From an uncultured bacterium (GTDB taxonomy: Bacteria > Babelota > Babeliae > Babelales > JACPOV01): DNA of 64,000 bases. Shown here one piece after another: positions 60,683 through 64,000 of this stretch; the first letter of the stretch is position 1; each line of letters begins with the position of its first letter. The stretch spans positions 168,926 to 232,925 of the forward strand of contig CAVUUR010000012.1 in the NCBI GenBank assembly GCA_963744715.1, read 5' to 3'. The translations under genes were made by a program, and so were the position numbers. Under the pieces are notes generated by a model that searched no databases, was not told where the DNA came from, and saw only the letters and a program-made list of their open reading frames with translations.

Positions 60683-61663
60683 TCAATCAATTTTTTTACG
60701 AAGTCGGGTAAAAATCAATCCACGTCCATAAGGAAATTGTGGGGGCAAAGCTTGCTTACCATCTAATATATTATGTTCTGTAGTTCTATGAAGTGCAAGA
60801 TCGCTTTTCTTAAATATTGTTCTACATTCATCACAAAAACATTGTCTCGAACCACCCTTTTTCTTACTGTTTTTTTTCTTTATTCCCTTTGCCACCGATA
60901 ATAGTTCACATCTTTTATCATGTTCCTTAATTTGATGTTTCTTAAGATCTTGCTGATGTGAAAAATCTTTTTCACATTTAGCACACGGATAGGGTTTTCC
61001 GTTATGCTCGCTCCTGATATGCACCGCAACATGCCCCCATCCCCATACTGTTGTAAAGCGACATAATGGGCACTTTTTTATCTCTTCCGATGACGATCTC
61101 ATTTCTAATAACGATGTCCTTACTCGGTTAACACGTTGTTTTTCTCGATTTTGTACCACATTCAAATCACTACCATCGCAATTACCTTCTTGCTGTTCTG
61201 GGCGATACTCCGATGCACTAACAAATATTGGGTGGGCTACGGCCTTATGGCCTTCAAGATCTTTTTTACTAAGAACTTCCCCGCATTCATCGCAACTATT
61301 TTTTGCCGGACGACCCTTTTTTCTTACATCCGATAAAAGTTTCTCTGCATTCATTTTTTCTTGGACAAGCAATGATGAACTTAAATCTTTAGCGTACGGT
61401 TGCGGCTTTTCTTGATATTCAGGTATCGTTAATATAGCTCCTTTTTCATGCAACATCTTTGCAGTACGTAGTAATGCGGGGCATTGAACGATATGATTTA
61501 ATAATTTATCTTCGGAACCTTGATCAGTCTTGCACATATTACAATATTGCTCAGTAATACAAGAATTTTCATTATTATTTTTTTCGATCTCCATACCAAG
61601 TATTGGATTACTCAAAAGACAAATAGTTAGACTAATGGTATATTGATTGATTAATGTATCCAT
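60683..61663 (-). CDS. Secreted C2H2 zinc-finger protein 2
   Basis: Signal ...ILG-MEI; about five fingers including KPYPCAKCEKDFSHQQDLKKHQIKEH; basic KKKNSKKK patch. Confidence 0.88.
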   Translation of the reverse strand: MDTLINQYTISLTICLLSNPILGMEIEKNNNENSCITEQYCNMCKTDQGSEDKLLNHIVQCPALLRTAKMLHEKGAILTIPEYQEKPQPYAKDLSSSLLVQEKMNAEKLLSDVRKKGRPAKNSCDECGEVLSKKDLEGHKAVAHPIFVSASEYRPEQQEGNCDGSDLNVVQNREKQRVNRVRTSLLEMRSSSEEIKKCPLCRFTTVWGWGHVAVHIRSEHNGKPYPCAKCEKDFSHQQDLKKHQIKEHDKRCELLSVAKGIKKKNSKKKGGSRQCFCDECRTIFKKSDLALHRTTEHNILDGKQALPPQFPYGRGLIFTRLRKKID

Positions 61664-61784
61664 GGATCATTCTTTCATTTTTAAAATAATTATTGCAGAT
61701 ACTGTAACAAAATTAAATACACTTGTAACTACAAAAAATATAATATAATTATTTTGAATTTTTTTCGTGCGAGTGTAGAGATAA

Positions 61785-62596
61785 TTATGGCTTATGCATA
61801 CGTATATGATTATCAAGCTCTCCCTTATTGGAAAAATCTTCTTCACATGAAATGCACGGATATGGCTTTATTAAATGCTCATTGTTCAAATGCTCTGCAA
61901 GCCGGTTCACTACGGAAAAACCTTACGCGGTTCACACACTAAACATGTTCTAACCTTTTGTTTTGATAAGAAGCTCCTGAATGTTTTAGAAAGTTGTTCA
62001 TAATCCTTTGACTTAATGGATGTTCCTATCACACTAACGTCACCAATCCTGTAATTATTCTCGGTAAACACTTTTGCAGCTGTTGGCAAGAATGCATTGG
62101 CTTTTTCTGGGCAATACACCGGTGTCCCAACTAATATGTGATGCACTAAGGCTTTATGTTCCACAAGCTCTGTTTCACCGAACATTTTCCCACATTCACT
62201 ACAACTATAATGTGCTAGCCTATCCCTTTTTTTACGCACAGGTTCCACTGCAACCCTTGTATATAGATTTTCTTTATTCGATATTTCACACATAGCGAAC
62301 TGACTTTTTCTTTCATACATTAATTTGCTCACAACGATTAAATAATCACACTGAGAAATATGTTCCATTAATTCATCATTTGAACGAAAAATCTTCTTAC
62401 ATATAAAACAGATTGCGTTCTTTTCCAAATTCAGAGAATCAGAAAAATGCTTTTGTAATCCATCTTGAGAATAAAATGTTTCATTACATCCTGTACAAGC
62501 AAAATTTATAATTTCCTCGGTCTCCATACCAAGGATCGAATTACCCAAAAGACAAATAGCTATACTAACGGTATATTTATTCATTAATGTATCCAC
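61785..62596 (-). CDS. Secreted C2H2 zinc-finger protein 3 (frameshift in T-run at ~61918)
   Basis: Signal ...ILG-MET; adding one T extends the ORF with RLAEHLNNEHLIKPYPCISCEEDFSNKGELDNHIRMHKP*. Confidence 0.8.
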
Positions 62597-62785
62597 GCAT
62601 AATTCTTTCACTTTTAAAATAATTATTGCGGATACTGTAACAAAATTGAATATACTTGTTAACTACAAAAATATGGTAATACTTATTTTGAATTTCTTTT
62701 TGGTTCTTTTTAATTTTTCATGTTCATAAGGTAAACAACCAAAAAGACTCCTCTTTGCTGTTTAGCTTATTCACTTATTGTTTTC

Positions 62786-63701
62786 TTAAATGGGGTTAAG
62801 AGATTCCCAGAATACCTCATCTTTATGCGTCATTTGATGCTTTTTAAGTTCTTCTAGGCGGGAACAACCTTGTGAACATATATTACAAGGATATGGGGCT
62901 ACTTTATGTACCTTCTTAAGATGCTTTGCAAGACCAAGCCACTCTACGAATGTTGTTTTGAGGCACATTCTGCAATAGGACATGTTCTTATAGTAGTTCG
63001 ATCAAATAATTTTGACCTTATAGGGTCATCCAATTCTTTGTGTCGATAACATTCCTTATTATGATTTTTAAGATCATATCCTTCTGCAAAATCTTTTTCA
63101 CAATTGCTACACGGATATGGTTTCATGTTATGATGATCCTCACAGTGCATGCGCAACATTCTACCATGCACAAAATGTCCTACCCGGACTCGACGGACAT
63201 TTTAGCGCCCTATTTAGGAATGACGTTCGAGCGTCAATTTTATTACATGATTTTTGATGAATATAAAGCTCTTGTTCTACGTCAAAATCTTTTGACAATT
63301 GTTACAAGGATACGGGTTCGCAGAATATCATTTCTAGCATGCCGTGCAACCTGTCCCCATCTATCGAATGTCATTTTTGGGCACAATAAACACCTAAGCT
63401 CCTTATTCAAAAATAATATTCTCGATGTTTCAGTTATGGATCTTTCTTGAAAATCTTTATCCGTAACATTTAACGCCGGCGTATTTCCTGATGCTATGCA
63501 TCCGGATAACAACACCGCTTCTTCCCTGAACGGTTGCAAGATTTCCCCGGTACTCCCCAGTTCAAGCCATCCTTCGATTTGCTTATTACCACTATCACTC
63601 AAGCTATCATACGTTCTTTTTTTACTGTTCATCGCAAGAATCTGATTGCCAAGTAAAAAAGCACATACAATAATAAAACATTTATTAATTAATTTATTCA
63701 T
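62786..63701 (-). pseudogene. C2H2 zinc-finger protein 4, broken by several 1-nt indels (decay or sequence error)
   Basis: Signal ...ILA-MNS; three finger pairs with PYPC linkers spread over different frames. Confidence 0.7.
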
Positions 63702-63887
63702 TTATAATTCACCGCTTTCTAAGAAACTATTCCAAATACAGTATAATAATTAATATTATATAATTAAGGCTATTCTTGCAAGACCCCTTTTTAAGCCTCT
63801 TCCACTTCGTGTTTATTGATTTTCCCAGAACCCATGATATACACTATCAAAAAAATTTCTATTGCCATTAAAAGGATACCGTAGATC

Positions 63888-64000
63888 ATGTGTACTGGAA
63901 TTAGGCTCATCTCAGAAAATAGATCGATTATCTATGCACGTACCTTAGAATTTGCACGAGAAATCCGCTCAAATATCATCATGATTCCTCGTAACTATGC
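63888..64000 (+). CDS. Linear amide C-N hydrolase (choloylglycine hydrolase/penicillin V acylase family), 5' partial
   Basis: MCTGIRL...IYARTLEF with Ntn-hydrolase N-terminal Cys; RBS AAGGA. Confidence 0.85.
   Translation, partial: MCTGIRLISENRSIIYARTLEFAREIRSNIIMIPRNY

Noticed and set aside
63040..63450. 136-aa plus-strand ORF
   Set aside because: Antisense to the fragmented zinc-finger gene, with no recognisable features.

Overview
Low-GC bacterial chromosome segment from a host-dependent intracellular organism. The best fit is Candidatus Dependentiae/Babelota (TM6), inferred from the ATP/ADP translocase, the nucleoside importer and many small signal-peptide proteins with eukaryote-like motifs. 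Housekeeping blocks (tlyA, HtrA, glyQS, ktrAB, dnaE, pheS, galU, ppsA, prfA, rpmE, two tRNAs) alternate with tandem-duplicated arrays of predicted secreted proteins. The most striking signal is a candidate effector repertoire aimed at a eukaryotic host. It includes C-terminal F-box-like proteins paired with SOCS/BC-box-like proteins, a Skp1/BTB-like protein, a Josephin-like cysteine protease, a clan CD (caspase-fold) protease, WD40-like proteins and four C2H2 zinc-finger proteins. Many of these share a signal peptide whose predicted cleavage leaves Met at +1. Also present are two giant repeat fibre proteins with C-terminal S74 chaperone domains, a circularly permuted D-amino acid oxidase, and a structured leader with an anti-SD sequence upstream of the nucleotide translocase. 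Several single-base frameshifts, including two in the essential dnaE, are probably sequencing or assembly errors. All domain calls were made by eye from motifs; no database searches were run.
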